A DNA stretch of 64,000 nt from Akkermansiaceae bacterium (GCA_051251915.1 JBPOGF010000013.1:72010-136009), one strand, 5' to 3'. Positions 10,601 through 21,890 are shown, counted from the first letter of the stretch. The notes: generated from the letters alone by a model not told the origin. Numbers and translations: made by a program.

Positions 10601-11935
10601 ATGAAAACTAAATTATTAATTACAAGTATTGGTTCACTTCTCCTCATGGGGATAGCAAACGCTCAAGAAGCGGCAGTTACTGTAACGGAAGTTGCAGAAC
10701 AAACAGCTAATGTGAAATTTATGATCGATAACCTCTGGATTCTAATCTCAGCGGCACTCGTCTTTATTATGCACCTTGGATTCTCCGCACTCGAATCTGG
10801 CCTCTGCCAGCAAAAGAATGTGGTCAACGTCCTCTTCAAAAACGTATTCATCATTTGTATGGGTCTCCTCACATACTACTTCATCGGATTCAACACTCAC
10901 TACCCTGGTGAATTTAACGGATTCTTGAAAATAGGTGGAATGGCTGGCTATGACGCAGCTGACGCAGCCATCGCCGTTGCTAATGAAACCAAGGACTATG
11001 CTGACTACACATACTGGGCTGACTTCATCTTCCAGGCTATGTTCGCAGCTACAGCGGCTACCATCGTTTCAGGTGCAGTTGCTGAGCGTGTTAAGCTTGG
11101 TTCATTCATGATCTACGCTACCATCCTTGTAGCTATCGTTTACCCAATCGCCGGTTCATGGCACTGGGGTGGCGGATTCCTTAACCAATTGGAAATCCCT
11201 TTCTATGACTTCGCTGGTTCTACAGTAGTTCACATGTTCGGTGGATTCGCAGCACTCGCAGCTATCATCGTTCTCGGTGCTCGTAGAGGCAAATACACAG
11301 CAAATGGACTTAAGCCTATTCTTCCACACTCACTCCCACTAGCCGCTATCGGCGCATTCCTCCTCTTCTTCGGTTGGTTTGGATTCAACGGTGGTTCTGT
11401 TCTTTCTGCAGATCCAGCATCAGTATCACTAGTATTCACTACTACAGCTCTTGCTGCAGCAGGTGGTGGTCTCGGTTCCATCTTCATCTCATGGGCAGTT
11501 CTTAAGAAGCCTGACCTTTCAATGGCTCTTAACGGCATCCTTGCAGGTCTAGTATCTATCACAGCAGGACCTGATGTAATCACAGTTCCATGTTCTATCA
11601 TCGTAGGATTCATCGGTGGTGCTCTCGTAGTATTCTCAGTGCTCTTCTTCGATAAAGTCAAAATCGACGATCCAGTAGGTGCTGTATCAGTTCACGGTAT
11701 CGTAGGTATCTGGGGAACAGTTGCTCTCGCTCTTCCATTCTTCAATGGTGGTAACGACACCGTAAGCATGGGATCTCAGCTAACTGGCATCGCAGCTGTA
11801 GGTGCATTCGCATTTGTAATCTCATTCGTTCTCTGCCTTGCTCTTAAGTTCACACTCGGTATCAGAGTTGACGCAGAGGAAGAAGAAGAAGGTCTCGATG
11901 TTGCTGAACACGGTGTAGCAGCATACAACGACTAA
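10601..11935 (+). CDS. amtB: Ammonium transporter
   Basis: FQAMFAAT, DFAGSTVVH, GWFGFNGGS, DDPVGAVSVHG, EEEGLDVAEHG. Confidence 0.96.
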   Translation: MKTKLLITSIGSLLLMGIANAQEAAVTVTEVAEQTANVKFMIDNLWILISAALVFIMHLGFSALESGLCQQKNVVNVLFKNVFIICMGLLTYYFIGFNTHYPGEFNGFLKIGGMAGYDAADAAIAVANETKDYADYTYWADFIFQAMFAATAATIVSGAVAERVKLGSFMIYATILVAIVYPIAGSWHWGGGFLNQLEIPFYDFAGSTVVHMFGGFAALAAIIVLGARRGKYTANGLKPILPHSLPLAAIGAFLLFFGWFGFNGGSVLSADPASVSLVFTTTALAAAGGGLGSIFISWAVLKKPDLSMALNGILAGLVSITAGPDVITVPCSIIVGFIGGALVVFSVLFFDKVKIDDPVGAVSVHGIVGIWGTVALALPFFNGGNDTVSMGSQLTGIAAVGAFAFVISFVLCLALKFTLGIRVDAEEEEEGLDVAEHGVAAYND

Positions 11936-11958
11936 CATCTCATTTCCATGGTAGTATT

Positions 11959-11990
11959 AAAGGGGAAGCATCCGTGCTTCCCCTTTTTTT
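11959..11990 (+). terminator. amtB intrinsic terminator
   Basis: AAAGGGGAAGCA-tccg-TGCTTCCCCTTTTTTT. Confidence 0.85.
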
Positions 11991-12010
11991 GTCTTAACCA
12001 CCAATCCACC

Positions 12011-14857
12011 CTACTCCATAGCCCTCAAATGAGCCTTCACACAAGCCGCCAAACTCTCCACGTCATATCCCCCCTCCAACACAGAAATCAACCTCCCTTC
12101 ACAAAACTCATCAGCATACCCCCTTACTAGCTTTGTCAGCTCCCCAAATCCCTCTGGAGTAACCATTAAATCTGCCAGCGGATCACCAACCGCCGCATCG
12201 AACCCAGCCGACACAATAATCAGCTCAGGTTTAAATTTCCTCAACTGATCATATAACGGCTTCCCCCAGACCTCCAAAATCTCACAATTCCCAGCACCTG
12301 CCCTCAGCGGTATACTCAAAGTAGTTCCCCTGCCCTTGCGCGCCCCCTTTTCCTTCGCTAATCCAGTATGCGGAAAAATCCCTTCTTGATGACTTGAGAA
12401 ATAAAACACACTCCCATCCTCATAAAAAATATCCTGCGTCCCGTTCCCATGATGCGCGTCCCAGTCCAAGATCGCCACTCGCTCATAGAGGTAAGTTTTC
12501 TGAGCATACCGCGCCGCTATCGCCACATGATTAAATATACAAAAACCCATCCCCTGATCCCTATTCGCATGATGCCCCGGCGGCCTAACAGCACAAAATG
12601 CCCTACTATTCTTACCACTAGCCCCAGCCACCTGATCCACCGCATTCAGCACCGCCCCAGTTGCTGCCTGCACCACCTCATAAGAAACATCACAAACCGC
12701 CGTATCTCCAGTCCTCAGCGTCTCCGCAAAATTCTCAATATCATACTTCGCCAAATCATGATACTCAGGACTATGCGCTAACAAAATTTCACCAACCGTC
12801 GCATTCCGACCTTTCAAATGATCATGCCTGAAACGCGAGGACTTCAGCATATCCAGTACAGCCTGATACCTCTCCGGTGACTCCGGATGCATACTCCCCG
12901 TATCATGCTCTAACATCTTCTCAGACCGATAAATCCCTAGCTTCAGATCCTTCTTTACCTCCACAGCAGCATCCTCAGCACCCCTATGACTCTTCCGCTG
13001 AGCCGCTATCTTCCTAGCCTTCTTCGCCACCTGCGCAGTATCCATCCAGAACTCATCACTATCATCGCCAAGATAAGACTGCTTCTCCGCCCCCATCCTA
13101 ACAAACAAGCCCCCCATCGACTTATTCTCCTTCAGCACACTCGCCCAGAACTTCTTCACCCCACGATCACGAGCAATCTCCGCCATTTCTCCTAACAAAT
13201 AATTTCCCATCCCCCAGCGACGAGTCCGCTCATGCACCAAAAACGAAACCTCCGCACTATCCCCCTTAGCTCCTGCCCCCTCATCTAAATAAAACCTCCC
13301 CGTAGCACGCAAAGACTCCCGATAATGATCCCTATAAAATATACCCAGCGCCAAATCTTTATCCTGTGAAATACTCGCCAAATGATAAGCACTCATCTCA
13401 TCCAGATCCGGCTTAGCATGCCCATACCTCAACCGAATCGTCTCCTGATCCTGCGAATAAAAAAACTCCTGCAACGCCCTCAAATCACTAGGCTGAATCG
13501 GCCTCACCACATACTTTATCCCCCCAAACTCCACCTTCTTAGTATCAATCTCCTCCTTCTCACTATGCACATTCTTAGGCGAAAACCCAAACGTCTTAGG
13601 AATCCAACCCTGTCCACGAGCTCCCTCTAACAAATTCTCCCTAAACTTAGGATGCGCTATCTCCACCAGCCTCAATGCACGTTGCCTTATCGATTGCCCC
13701 ACAAGATTAGCCACCCCATACTCAGTCACCACATAATGCACATCACCACGAGAAGTACAAACCCCACTCCCCTTAGTCAACCCAGTCACAATCCTAGATT
13801 GATCCTCAGCACTATTCGTTGAAGTCATCACAATAATCGGCAACCCACCCTTACTAATCGCAGCACCACGTATAAAATCCTGCGTAGCTCCCATCCCACC
13901 ATAAAAATGATGCCCCCTAGAATCTCTAACAACCTGACCTGTTAGATCCACCTCACGTGCACCATTAATCGCCACCATATTCCTCTGTCTCCCTATTCTA
14001 CTTGGATCATTCGTAAACTCACTACCATACAACTCAATCTCCGAGTTCTCATTGATAAACTTATACAACTCACGAGACCCCAAACAATGCGACGCCACAG
14101 ACACCCCCTTCTGATAAGATTTCAAAGAATTATCCACCACACCCTTCTTCACCAGCTTCATCATCTCATTCGTAAAACAACCAGTATGTATCCCCAGATG
14201 TTGATGCTTATACAACTTCGTCAGCACCGCCTGCGGACTATTCCCCATGCTCGCCTGAATCGTAGCCCCATCATCTATCAGCTGCGCCGCATACTCCGCC
14301 GCCCGCAGATTAGCCTCATTATACACCCAGTTATCCTGAACAGCTGGAGCCGCAGACCTAGTGATCGTATAGTTAAATTTCTTCAGAGAAATTACCGTAT
14401 CACCATGAGTCCTCGGCATCTTCGTATTAATCTGAGCCACAACACACTTAGCATACTTCACCGCTGAATAAACCGCATCTGCACTCAATCCTAACGAAAC
14501 CATCCCATCCTTATCCGGCGCACTCACCTGAACGATTGCCACATCTAATGGCAAAATCCCGCGCGCAAATAATCGAGGTATATCAGAACTAGGAGTTGGT
14601 GTGTAATCCGCCTGCCCAGTCTCCACCACAGCCCGCATCGAGCGCGACATAAAGAATGAATTCGTCCTAAACGCCCCCTTATATTTAGGCTCAATCCACG
14701 GAGTATCTCCCACAGTATGCACATGACAAAGCTCCACATCCTTAAAGTCATCAGCATGACTCAGTAAATCATCAATCAGCGCAAAAGGAACACAAGCCCC
14801 CCCACTAATAAATGCACGCCCGCCATGTGGTAAAATTTTCTGCCAAGGAATCTCCAT
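12011..14857 (-). CDS. Fusion: acetyl-CoA hydrolase/transferase-like + GNAT acetyltransferase + histone-deacetylase family domain
   Basis: About aa1-420 family I CoA-transferase fold ([24 protein letters not shown]); about aa445-610 GNAT (RRWGMG); about aa640-948 HDAC ([39 protein letters not shown]). Confidence 0.9.
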   Translation of the reverse strand: MEIPWQKILPHGGRAFISGGACVPFALIDDLLSHADDFKDVELCHVHTVGDTPWIEPKYKGAFRTNSFFMSRSMRAVVETGQADYTPTPSSDIPRLFARGILPLDVAIVQVSAPDKDGMVSLGLSADAVYSAVKYAKCVVAQINTKMPRTHGDTVISLKKFNYTITRSAAPAVQDNWVYNEANLRAAEYAAQLIDDGATIQASMGNSPQAVLTKLYKHQHLGIHTGCFTNEMMKLVKKGVVDNSLKSYQKGVSVASHCLGSRELYKFINENSEIELYGSEFTNDPSRIGRQRNMVAINGAREVDLTGQVVRDSRGHHFYGGMGATQDFIRGAAISKGGLPIIVMTSTNSAEDQSRIVTGLTKGSGVCTSRGDVHYVVTEYGVANLVGQSIRQRALRLVEIAHPKFRENLLEGARGQGWIPKTFGFSPKNVHSEKEEIDTKKVEFGGIKYVVRPIQPSDLRALQEFFYSQDQETIRLRYGHAKPDLDEMSAYHLASISQDKDLALGIFYRDHYRESLRATGRFYLDEGAGAKGDSAEVSFLVHERTRRWGMGNYLLGEMAEIARDRGVKKFWASVLKENKSMGGLFVRMGAEKQSYLGDDSDEFWMDTAQVAKKARKIAAQRKSHRGAEDAAVEVKKDLKLGIYRSEKMLEHDTGSMHPESPERYQAVLDMLKSSRFRHDHLKGRNATVGEILLAHSPEYHDLAKYDIENFAETLRTGDTAVCDVSYEVVQAATGAVLNAVDQVAGASGKNSRAFCAVRPPGHHANRDQGMGFCIFNHVAIAARYAQKTYLYERVAILDWDAHHGNGTQDIFYEDGSVFYFSSHQEGIFPHTGLAKEKGARKGRGTTLSIPLRAGAGNCEILEVWGKPLYDQLRKFKPELIIVSAGFDAAVGDPLADLMVTPEGFGELTKLVRGYADEFCEGRLISVLEGGYDVESLAACVKAHLRAME

Positions 14858-14930
14858 GCTGTTAGACTAAACCCAACCACACTGGAGACTCAAGCAAAGA
14901 ACCTCACAACCAGCGCGCCTCCCACTCAAC

Positions 14931-14963
14931 AAAAAAAGCCGACACGCATTTAACGTATCGGCT
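14931..14963 (-). terminator. deaD intrinsic terminator
   Basis: AGCCGA(T)ACG...CGTGTCGGCT stem followed by T7 on the minus strand. Confidence 0.75.
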
Positions 14964-14992
14964 CTATTCTAAAAAATCAGATATCTAAATTC

Positions 14993-16726
14993 CTATAAAT
15001 CTCTATCTCTGTAAGTAGGGAATGTTTTCCCTCTCAACTTAGCACGCTTCAGATCCGTGCAGATACTATCCGCATCATTATCCTGCACTTGAACCAAACA
15101 ATGTTTCGGGAACATACGGATTCTACCAAGTGAGCCATTCTTAATGCTACACTCAGAATAGATCATCCCAGCAATCTCACCAGGATTCACTCCCAGCTTA
15201 CTACCCAGTCCGATGAACAATTGAGTCATTCCTTCCTTAAGATCAGGATCGTTCCGACGTTCACCTTCACGCTTTACGCTTCTCTCAGAGCGCTCTCTCG
15301 GTGCACCTCTTTCAGGACGATCACCTCTTTCGCGACGGTTTCCACGGTCATTTCTATCGCGTCTATCCCCACGGTCACGTCGATCATTACCTCTATCACC
15401 ACCAGGTCTATCTTCCTGGATTTCCTCTCCCTCTTTACCTTCCTTATCTTTCAACTGAGCAAACAACGCTGAAGCAATATCAGTAGCTGTATGACCATGC
15501 TCTAATAAGCGGTCGATGTAATGCTTATAATCCTTAAATCCACCTTCCTCGATTTTTTCCTTCACGGACTCAAACAAAATATCAGCACGCTTACCTTCAA
15601 CATCTTCCTTAGTAGGGATGCGCTCACGGCGGATTTTCTGTCTCGTAAATCTCTCAATCCCCTGCAAACGATAAACATCTTTACCGAACACAAAGCTCAC
15701 AGCCTTACCTTCTCTTCCTGCACGACCAGTTCTTCCAATACGGTGAATGTAATCCTCAAAATCCTGTGGCAAATCATAGTTAAACACACACTCCACATCC
15801 TCAACATCAAGACCACGAGCAGCCACATCAGTAGCAACAAGAATCTCAACAGTCCCATCACGGAAACGCTTCAACACACGCTCACGCATCTGCTGAGTCA
15901 CATCACCATGAAGCCTATCCGCTGCATATCCACGTGCCAGAAGCGACTCAGTCACTTCATCTACATTGCGCTTAGTATTACAGAATACCACAGCAAGTTT
16001 AGGAGCCATCGTATCCACCAATCGAGAAAGAACCTCAACCTTCGAACGATTTCTCACCTCATAATACATCTGGTCAATAGCCTCAACTGTCCGAGTCTTC
16101 TTCTCTACCTCAACCGTAGCCGGGTTCTTACCAAAAGTCTTAATCAATCTCTCTACATTACGATTCATCGTAGCTGAGAAGAACAACGTCTGACGCTTAC
16201 CCTTGATCTGTCCTAAAATCTCCTCCATGTCCTCACGGAATCCCATGTCCAACATGCGATCTGCCTCATCAAGAATCACCAACTTCAAATCCTCTGTGCG
16301 CAAAGTCCCACGGCGTAAATGATCCATCAATCTCCCCGGTGTTCCCACCACCATCTGTGAACCACGTAGGCCCTTGATCTGGCGGTCAATAGGTGCTCCA
16401 CCATACACTGGCACAGCCCTCATTGTTGGCATATTCTTCCCTAGTCGCTGCACTTCCTCACACACCTGAACACAAAGTTCACGAGTTGGAGATAGTATCA
16501 GCACCTGAGGCTTTACAGAGTCCAGATCAATCATTTCCAGAGCAGGCAAAGTAAATGCAGCTGTCTTTCCAGATCCTGTCTCAGAGAGCCCCACAATGTC
16601 ATCCCCATTGAGAATGCGCGGAATTGCGAGCGCTTGAATTTGTGATGGTTGCTCGAACCCAAGTGAGTTCACAGCATCGAGTAATGGCTTGGAGAGCCCT
16701 AGGCCCTCAAACGTAATATCAGTCAT
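14993..16726 (-). CDS. deaD: DEAD-box RNA helicase, DeaD/CsdA type with DbpA-like C-terminal domain
   Basis: Q motif, [35 protein letters not shown]-rich linker. Confidence 0.9.
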   Translation of the reverse strand: MTDITFEGLGLSKPLLDAVNSLGFEQPSQIQALAIPRILNGDDIVGLSETGSGKTAAFTLPALEMIDLDSVKPQVLILSPTRELCVQVCEEVQRLGKNMPTMRAVPVYGGAPIDRQIKGLRGSQMVVGTPGRLMDHLRRGTLRTEDLKLVILDEADRMLDMGFREDMEEILGQIKGKRQTLFFSATMNRNVERLIKTFGKNPATVEVEKKTRTVEAIDQMYYEVRNRSKVEVLSRLVDTMAPKLAVVFCNTKRNVDEVTESLLARGYAADRLHGDVTQQMRERVLKRFRDGTVEILVATDVAARGLDVEDVECVFNYDLPQDFEDYIHRIGRTGRAGREGKAVSFVFGKDVYRLQGIERFTRQKIRRERIPTKEDVEGKRADILFESVKEKIEEGGFKDYKHYIDRLLEHGHTATDIASALFAQLKDKEGKEGEEIQEDRPGGDRGNDRRDRGDRRDRNDRGNRRERGDRPERGAPRERSERSVKREGERRNDPDLKEGMTQLFIGLGSKLGVNPGEIAGMIYSECSIKNGSLGRIRMFPKHCLVQVQDNDADSICTDLKRAKLRGKTFPTYRDRDL

Positions 16727-16943
16727 AATAATGTGTCGGTTAATTTCCCGTATTTTTAGTTCTTACGGGGCGCCGCACATGATCTACCTGCATCCTCATC
16801 TATGAAGATTATAACCTATCAATTAGCGGCTCAAGAAGCTCCTCTTGAGCTTCTAACGACGCCTCCTTGCATTCTACTGGTGCAAAATGCAACACAAAAT
16901 TCGCTTTTACATACTATTTCACGCCCATCACCCTACAAAACTA

Positions 16944-18362
16944 TCATTTCCCGCCCCACTCCAACCGAGCATTCTTACTAATCTCAGCATCTAACTCTAA
17001 CATCCGTTTAGTAAGTTTTTTCACAATTTCTGGATTAGCCTTAGCCACATTACTCTTCTCAGAAACATCCTTCTCCAGATCAAATAACATCACAACAGCC
17101 TTCTTCCCTTGATTTTTCGAAATCAACTTCCACTTCCCCTTGCGAAGCCCCTCTAAGCCTCCTCTGGTCGCATAATAAAGAAACTCATCACGTGGACTAC
17201 TCGCCTTGCCATCAACCAACAATGCTGAACTTTCCAAACCATCAACTTTTCGCCCCTTAAGTAATTCACTATCAGCCAGCTTAGCAATCGTCGGCAACAA
17301 ATCCATCGTAGTCATCAACTCATCACACACCGTCCCAGCAGGAATTCTCCCCGGCCCCCACATCACACAAGGCACCCTCTGGCCTCCCTCAAAAGTAGTC
17401 CCCTTACCAGCACGCAACTTCCCTGCAGATCCCGCATGATGCCTATACTGCAACCACGGCCCATTATCCGTTGTAAAGATCACATACGTATTCTGATCCA
17501 ACTTCAACTCCCTAATCGTATCCATCACACGCCCCACCTCAGCATCAATATGCTCAATCACATTAATATAAGCATTCTTAGGGTCCCCATCATACACATC
17601 ATCCGGCACATACAGCGGGATATGCGGCATCGAATGAGGAAGATACAAGAAAAACGGCTTATCCTTATTCTCAGTAATAAACCCTATCGCCTTATCAGTA
17701 TAGCGTCGAGTCACAGTCCGCTGATCCACCGGCATCTCTATGATCTTCTCATTCTCCATCAACGGTGTCTTCCACTTCGTCAACGCAGACCCCTGATCCT
17801 TCCACAGCACATCCAGCCCATCACCTCTCAACTTTGGCTTCCCCTTATTATCCGGATGATTCATATCGTTAGAATAAGGAATCCCATAATAATAATCAAA
17901 CCCATGACTAGTAGGCAACGTCTCAACAGAATCCCCTAAATGCCACTTACCAATACAAGCAGTAGCATAACCCAGCCCCTTCAAATGATCAGCTATCGTA
18001 TGTTCACTAGCATTCAGCCCCCTCTTACTACTTGGAAATAGCACCCCCTTATGCATCCCAACACGCTTAGGATAACTCCCAGTCATCAACGCAGCACGCG
18101 ATGGAGAACAAACCGGCGACGCCACCATAAAACTCGTAAACTTCCGCCCTTCAGCGGCCATCTGATCAATATTCGGCGTCTTGATCGTCGTAGACCCAAA
18201 GCACCCCAAATCCCCATACCCCTGATCATCCGTAAAAATAATCACAAAATTAGGCTTAGCCTCAGCCGCCTGAGAAGCCAGCGCGGAACTAAGAAGAACA
18301 AACCCAGTCGAAACCAAACTAAGACATTTAAAGGAAATTTTCATTTGCAGGTAATTTTTCAT
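16944..18362 (-). CDS. Secreted Cys-type (formylglycine) sulfatase, family S1
   Basis: DDQGYGD, CSPSR, GKWHLG, SDNG-like TDNG, KGTTFEGG. Confidence 0.93.
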   Translation of the reverse strand: MKNYLQMKISFKCLSLVSTGFVLLSSALASQAAEAKPNFVIIFTDDQGYGDLGCFGSTTIKTPNIDQMAAEGRKFTSFMVASPVCSPSRAALMTGSYPKRVGMHKGVLFPSSKRGLNASEHTIADHLKGLGYATACIGKWHLGDSVETLPTSHGFDYYYGIPYSNDMNHPDNKGKPKLRGDGLDVLWKDQGSALTKWKTPLMENEKIIEMPVDQRTVTRRYTDKAIGFITENKDKPFFLYLPHSMPHIPLYVPDDVYDGDPKNAYINVIEHIDAEVGRVMDTIRELKLDQNTYVIFTTDNGPWLQYRHHAGSAGKLRAGKGTTFEGGQRVPCVMWGPGRIPAGTVCDELMTTMDLLPTIAKLADSELLKGRKVDGLESSALLVDGKASSPRDEFLYYATRGGLEGLRKGKWKLISKNQGKKAVVMLFDLEKDVSEKSNVAKANPEIVKKLTKRMLELDAEISKNARLEWGGK

Positions 18363-18505
18363 AAACAGTAAAGTGCTAATCTAATACGCACCCTACCCCC
18401 ACCCCTATCAAAATAAAGACATAAATTCCACAAGGACATCCCACCCACCATAATTCCTAATTCCTAACACTTGCATCCCCACCCTTCATTTGCCAGAATC
18501 CAACC

Positions 18506-20044
18506 ATGGCTGCATCCATCGACTTACACAAAATCTCCAAATTCGCGAACCTCGCTATCCCAGCCATGGCCATCCTCTTTTTCTTCGGTGGATATTTCGT
18601 AAGTTTCTACTTCCACTTCCTCACCGTCATCTTCCTCCTACTCACCGTAGTGAACCTCTTCTACCTCTGCATTCAGAAAAAACACACCATCCTCAGAAAC
18701 TTCGGCATCCTAGGCCAAGCCCGCTACATCATAGAAAGCATCGGCCCAGAAATGCGCCAATACCTCTTCGCCAACGACACCGAAGAACGCCCATTCAACC
18801 GCATCGAACGCTCAGAAATCTACCGCAAAGCAAAAGGAATCGACTCCGCTTCATCATTCGGCTCACAACTAGAATTCGACAACTCAGAAGTCAAAATCCG
18901 CCACTCCATGTATCCGGTCGATAAAAAAGACATCAAACCATACTCTCTAACATTCGGCGAAGAACGCGGACTCACAAACACCTACACCATCACCAAGCCC
19001 TACCTCATCAGCGCCATGAGCTTCGGAGCACTCGGCCAGAACGCCGTCCAAGCCCTCGCTCGCGGCGCTCGCCTCGCCGGCATCGGCATGAACACCGGCG
19101 AAGGCGGCACCCCTAAATACCACATGGCAGAAGGCGGCGACCTCATCTTCCAAATGGGCACCGCCAAGTTCGGCGTCCGTAACCTCGATGGCTCACTCAG
19201 CGACGACAAACTCCGCGAACTCTGCGCCCAACCCACCATCAAAATGGTAGAAATCAAACTCTCCCAAGGCGCCAAACCAGGCAAAGGTGGACTCCTCCCC
19301 AAAGAAAAAATCACCCAAGAAATCTCCGAACTCCGCGGCGTATCCAGAGACCACGACGTCGTCTCCCCAGCACACCACATCGAGTGCACCGACAAAAAAT
19401 CCACCATCGCCTTCATCAAACACGTCCAAGACATCTGCAACATCCCCGTCGGCATCAAGCTCTGCATCGGCAAGACCTCCGAGTTCCTAGAAATGGTCAT
19501 CGAAATGAAAAAACAAAACGTCTTCCCAGACTTCATCGCCATCGACGGAGCAGAAGGAGGCACCGGCGCCGCCCCTAAAGCCTTCATGGACGGCTACGGC
19601 ATGCCCCTCATGCCAGCCCTCTACTCAGCTAATAAAATCCTCGTCCGCGAAGGAGTCAGAGACCGCCTCAAAATCATCGCATCAGGTAAACTCATCAACT
19701 CCAGCAAACAATTCATCGCCCTAGCCCTAGGAGCCGATGCCATCTACACCGCCCGCGGATTCATGCTCTCACTAGGATGCATCCAAGCCATGCTCTGCGG
19801 AAATAACACCTGCCCCGTAGGCATCACCACCCATGACCCCACACTCCAAAAAGGCCTCATCGTAGAAGAAAAAGCCAAACGCGTTGCCAACTACGTCCAC
19901 GCACTAGAACACGACTTCTACGAAATGCTCGCCGCATCCGGCATCCGTGACGCAAAAGACATCAGCATCGATCAACTCTACATCCCAAGCGACACCGCCC
20001 TCGCAGACCAGATCAATGCACTCCTCCACAACCCTAACATTTAA
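18506..20044 (+). CDS. FMN-binding glutamate synthase family protein
   Basis: SAMSFGAL, NTGEGG, EIKLSQGAKPGKGG, DGAEGGTGAAP, CIQAMLCGNNTCPVG Fe-S motif. Confidence 0.92.
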   Translation: MAASIDLHKISKFANLAIPAMAILFFFGGYFVSFYFHFLTVIFLLLTVVNLFYLCIQKKHTILRNFGILGQARYIIESIGPEMRQYLFANDTEERPFNRIERSEIYRKAKGIDSASSFGSQLEFDNSEVKIRHSMYPVDKKDIKPYSLTFGEERGLTNTYTITKPYLISAMSFGALGQNAVQALARGARLAGIGMNTGEGGTPKYHMAEGGDLIFQMGTAKFGVRNLDGSLSDDKLRELCAQPTIKMVEIKLSQGAKPGKGGLLPKEKITQEISELRGVSRDHDVVSPAHHIECTDKKSTIAFIKHVQDICNIPVGIKLCIGKTSEFLEMVIEMKKQNVFPDFIAIDGAEGGTGAAPKAFMDGYGMPLMPALYSANKILVREGVRDRLKIIASGKLINSSKQFIALALGADAIYTARGFMLSLGCIQAMLCGNNTCPVGITTHDPTLQKGLIVEEKAKRVANYVHALEHDFYEMLAASGIRDAKDISIDQLYIPSDTALADQINALLHNPNI

Positions 20045-20069
20045 CCCATCACCTTTAAACTAACTCATC

Positions 20070-20447
20070 ATGAAGCCCGCATACATCCTCAGCTGGATCC
20101 TACAACTCTGCATCATCGGCCTCATCGCCCCCGCAGCCTACTTCAAGCTCACCAGCCACCCAGAGTCCGTCGCCCTCTTCAGCCTCCTAGAAATGGAACC
20201 CACCGGTCGCTACATCATCGGCTTCCTAGAAGCCACCGCCTGCGCCCTACTCCTCACCCCAAACTCCGCCGTCCACGGAGCCATCCTCAGCCTCGGCCTC
20301 ATGCTAGGCGCCGTCATCGCCCACGCCACCAAGATCGGCTTAAACGACATCTTCGCCTACTTCTCCATCACCCTAGTCATCCTCTCCTCCACCGTCATCT
20401 TCATCCGCCGCAAACAAATCAAAAGCATAGCCAGAATGCTTGACTAA
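20070..20447 (+). CDS. DoxX-like membrane protein
   Basis: Four hydrophobic helices, MEPTGRYIIGFLE, MLGAVIAH. Confidence 0.75.
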   Translation: MKPAYILSWILQLCIIGLIAPAAYFKLTSHPESVALFSLLEMEPTGRYIIGFLEATACALLLTPNSAVHGAILSLGLMLGAVIAHATKIGLNDIFAYFSITLVILSSTVIFIRRKQIKSIARMLD

Positions 20448-20477
20448 CCAAGCCAAATTCACCATTCACCATTCACC

Positions 20478-21086
20478 ATGACCTCATCTACTAACCGCCT
20501 AGGAATGCTCCTCCTCGTATCCGGCCCATCCGGCTCCGGTAAGACAACCCTCTGCCGCCGCGCATCAGACGCCGGCCTCGCCAGCTACGCCACCTCCTGC
20601 ACCACCCGCCCCCCGCGCCCAGGTGAAACCCACGGAACAGACTACTTCTTCCTCACCACAGAAGACTTCAAAGAAAAGATCAGCAACCAAGAACTCCTCG
20701 AATACGCAGAAGTCCACGGCAACCACTACGGCACCCTCAAATCAGAAATCTTCACCCACATCCAAGCCGGCAAAGACGTCGTCATGGACATCGATGTCCA
20801 AGGCGCAGACCAGATCCGCACCTGCACCGACCCACTCATCCAGCAAGCCCTCGTAGAACTCTTCGTCATGCCAGCAAGCGAAGCCGAGCTCCTCACCCGC
20901 CTAACAGGCAGAGGAACCGACAGCCAAGAAATCATCGCAACCCGCATGAAAAACTCCCTAGAAGAAATGCAACACTGGGACAAATACACCTACTGCCTCC
21001 ACTCCTCCGACCGCGAAACCGACTACCAAAAATTCCAATCTATCCTCACCTCAGAATCCCTCCGTGTCTCTCGCATCATAGAATAA
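20478..21086 (+). CDS. gmk: Guanylate kinase
   Basis: GPSGSGKTT, TTRPPRPGE, EYAEVHGNHYGT, DIDVQG. Confidence 0.95.
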   Translation: MTSSTNRLGMLLLVSGPSGSGKTTLCRRASDAGLASYATSCTTRPPRPGETHGTDYFFLTTEDFKEKISNQELLEYAEVHGNHYGTLKSEIFTHIQAGKDVVMDIDVQGADQIRTCTDPLIQQALVELFVMPASEAELLTRLTGRGTDSQEIIATRMKNSLEEMQHWDKYTYCLHSSDRETDYQKFQSILTSESLRVSRIIE

Positions 21087-21108
21087 ACCTTCAACTAAAA
21101 GAAGCCCA

Positions 21109-21150
21109 ATCCTTTATCCTTTATCCTTTATCCTTTATCCTTTATCCTTC
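21109..21150 (+). repeat. Heptamer tandem repeat (ATCCTTT)x5 + ATCCTTC
   Basis: Read directly between convergent genes. Confidence 0.95.
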
Positions 21151-21158
21151 CACCTTCC

Positions 21159-21890
21159 CTACCTCCTAGTAGCCTCAAACAACCCATCAGTCTTCCCCTT
21201 ATACCCCTCAGGATCCACATTATACCAATTACTATTCTGGATCCGTTCCTTATCATAAGGCGGCGCAAAGATATCCACCAACTGCGTAAACTCCCGCGCA
21301 GCCACTCGGTGAATATTCCTCTCCTTAGAAGTCAGCGTAGAAACCTTACCCTTAGCCAGCATCGCATGGCTCGTCTGCTTCAACAGCACATCCTTCTTAT
21401 TCGCCTTCTCAGCAAACAAATCATAATTCCAAACCTCCACCTCCCCCGTAGCACAAAGCAACACCCCAGTCATCTCCGGATGATCATGATGTAAAATCTC
21501 CTCACCCTTCTCAAACTGAACCAGCGTCACATGATAGTCCACCTGCTTCTCCAACTTAGAAAAATCCACGCGCCCATTCCCCACACCTCTCTCCTTCGTC
21601 ATCCTAAAAGCCTTCTCCAAATTCGGATCTTTCAAATCCAATCTAGCCGCAATCGCAGCAGCCTGCTTCACATACTCCACCTCATTCCAGCTATCCAAAT
21701 GCTGCTTCCCAGCCTCCACCTCAATAGCCGATAAAAATGCATCCCAGTTAATAGACCCATCCGCCTTCAACCTCCCCTCAAAAGCATTAGCCCTAGTAGC
21801 AAAAGCCGTTATCGCAGGCAACGCCATAGAAATCCCCAAAAACCCCGGAATCGAAGTCTTAATAAAATGCCGTCTATCATACTCATCCAT
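21159..21890 (-). CDS. Tat-exported cupin / thiol-dioxygenase-like protein
   Basis: DRRHFIK twin-arginine signal; HHDHPEM...NIH cupin metal ligands; DIFAPPY resembles the cysteamine/plant cysteine oxidase family. Start moved to 21890 by promoter position. Confidence 0.7.
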   Translation of the reverse strand: MDEYDRRHFIKTSIPGFLGISMALPAITAFATRANAFEGRLKADGSINWDAFLSAIEVEAGKQHLDSWNEVEYVKQAAAIAARLDLKDPNLEKAFRMTKERGVGNGRVDFSKLEKQVDYHVTLVQFEKGEEILHHDHPEMTGVLLCATGEVEVWNYDLFAEKANKKDVLLKQTSHAMLAKGKVSTLTSKERNIHRVAAREFTQLVDIFAPPYDKERIQNSNWYNVDPEGYKGKTDGLFEATRR

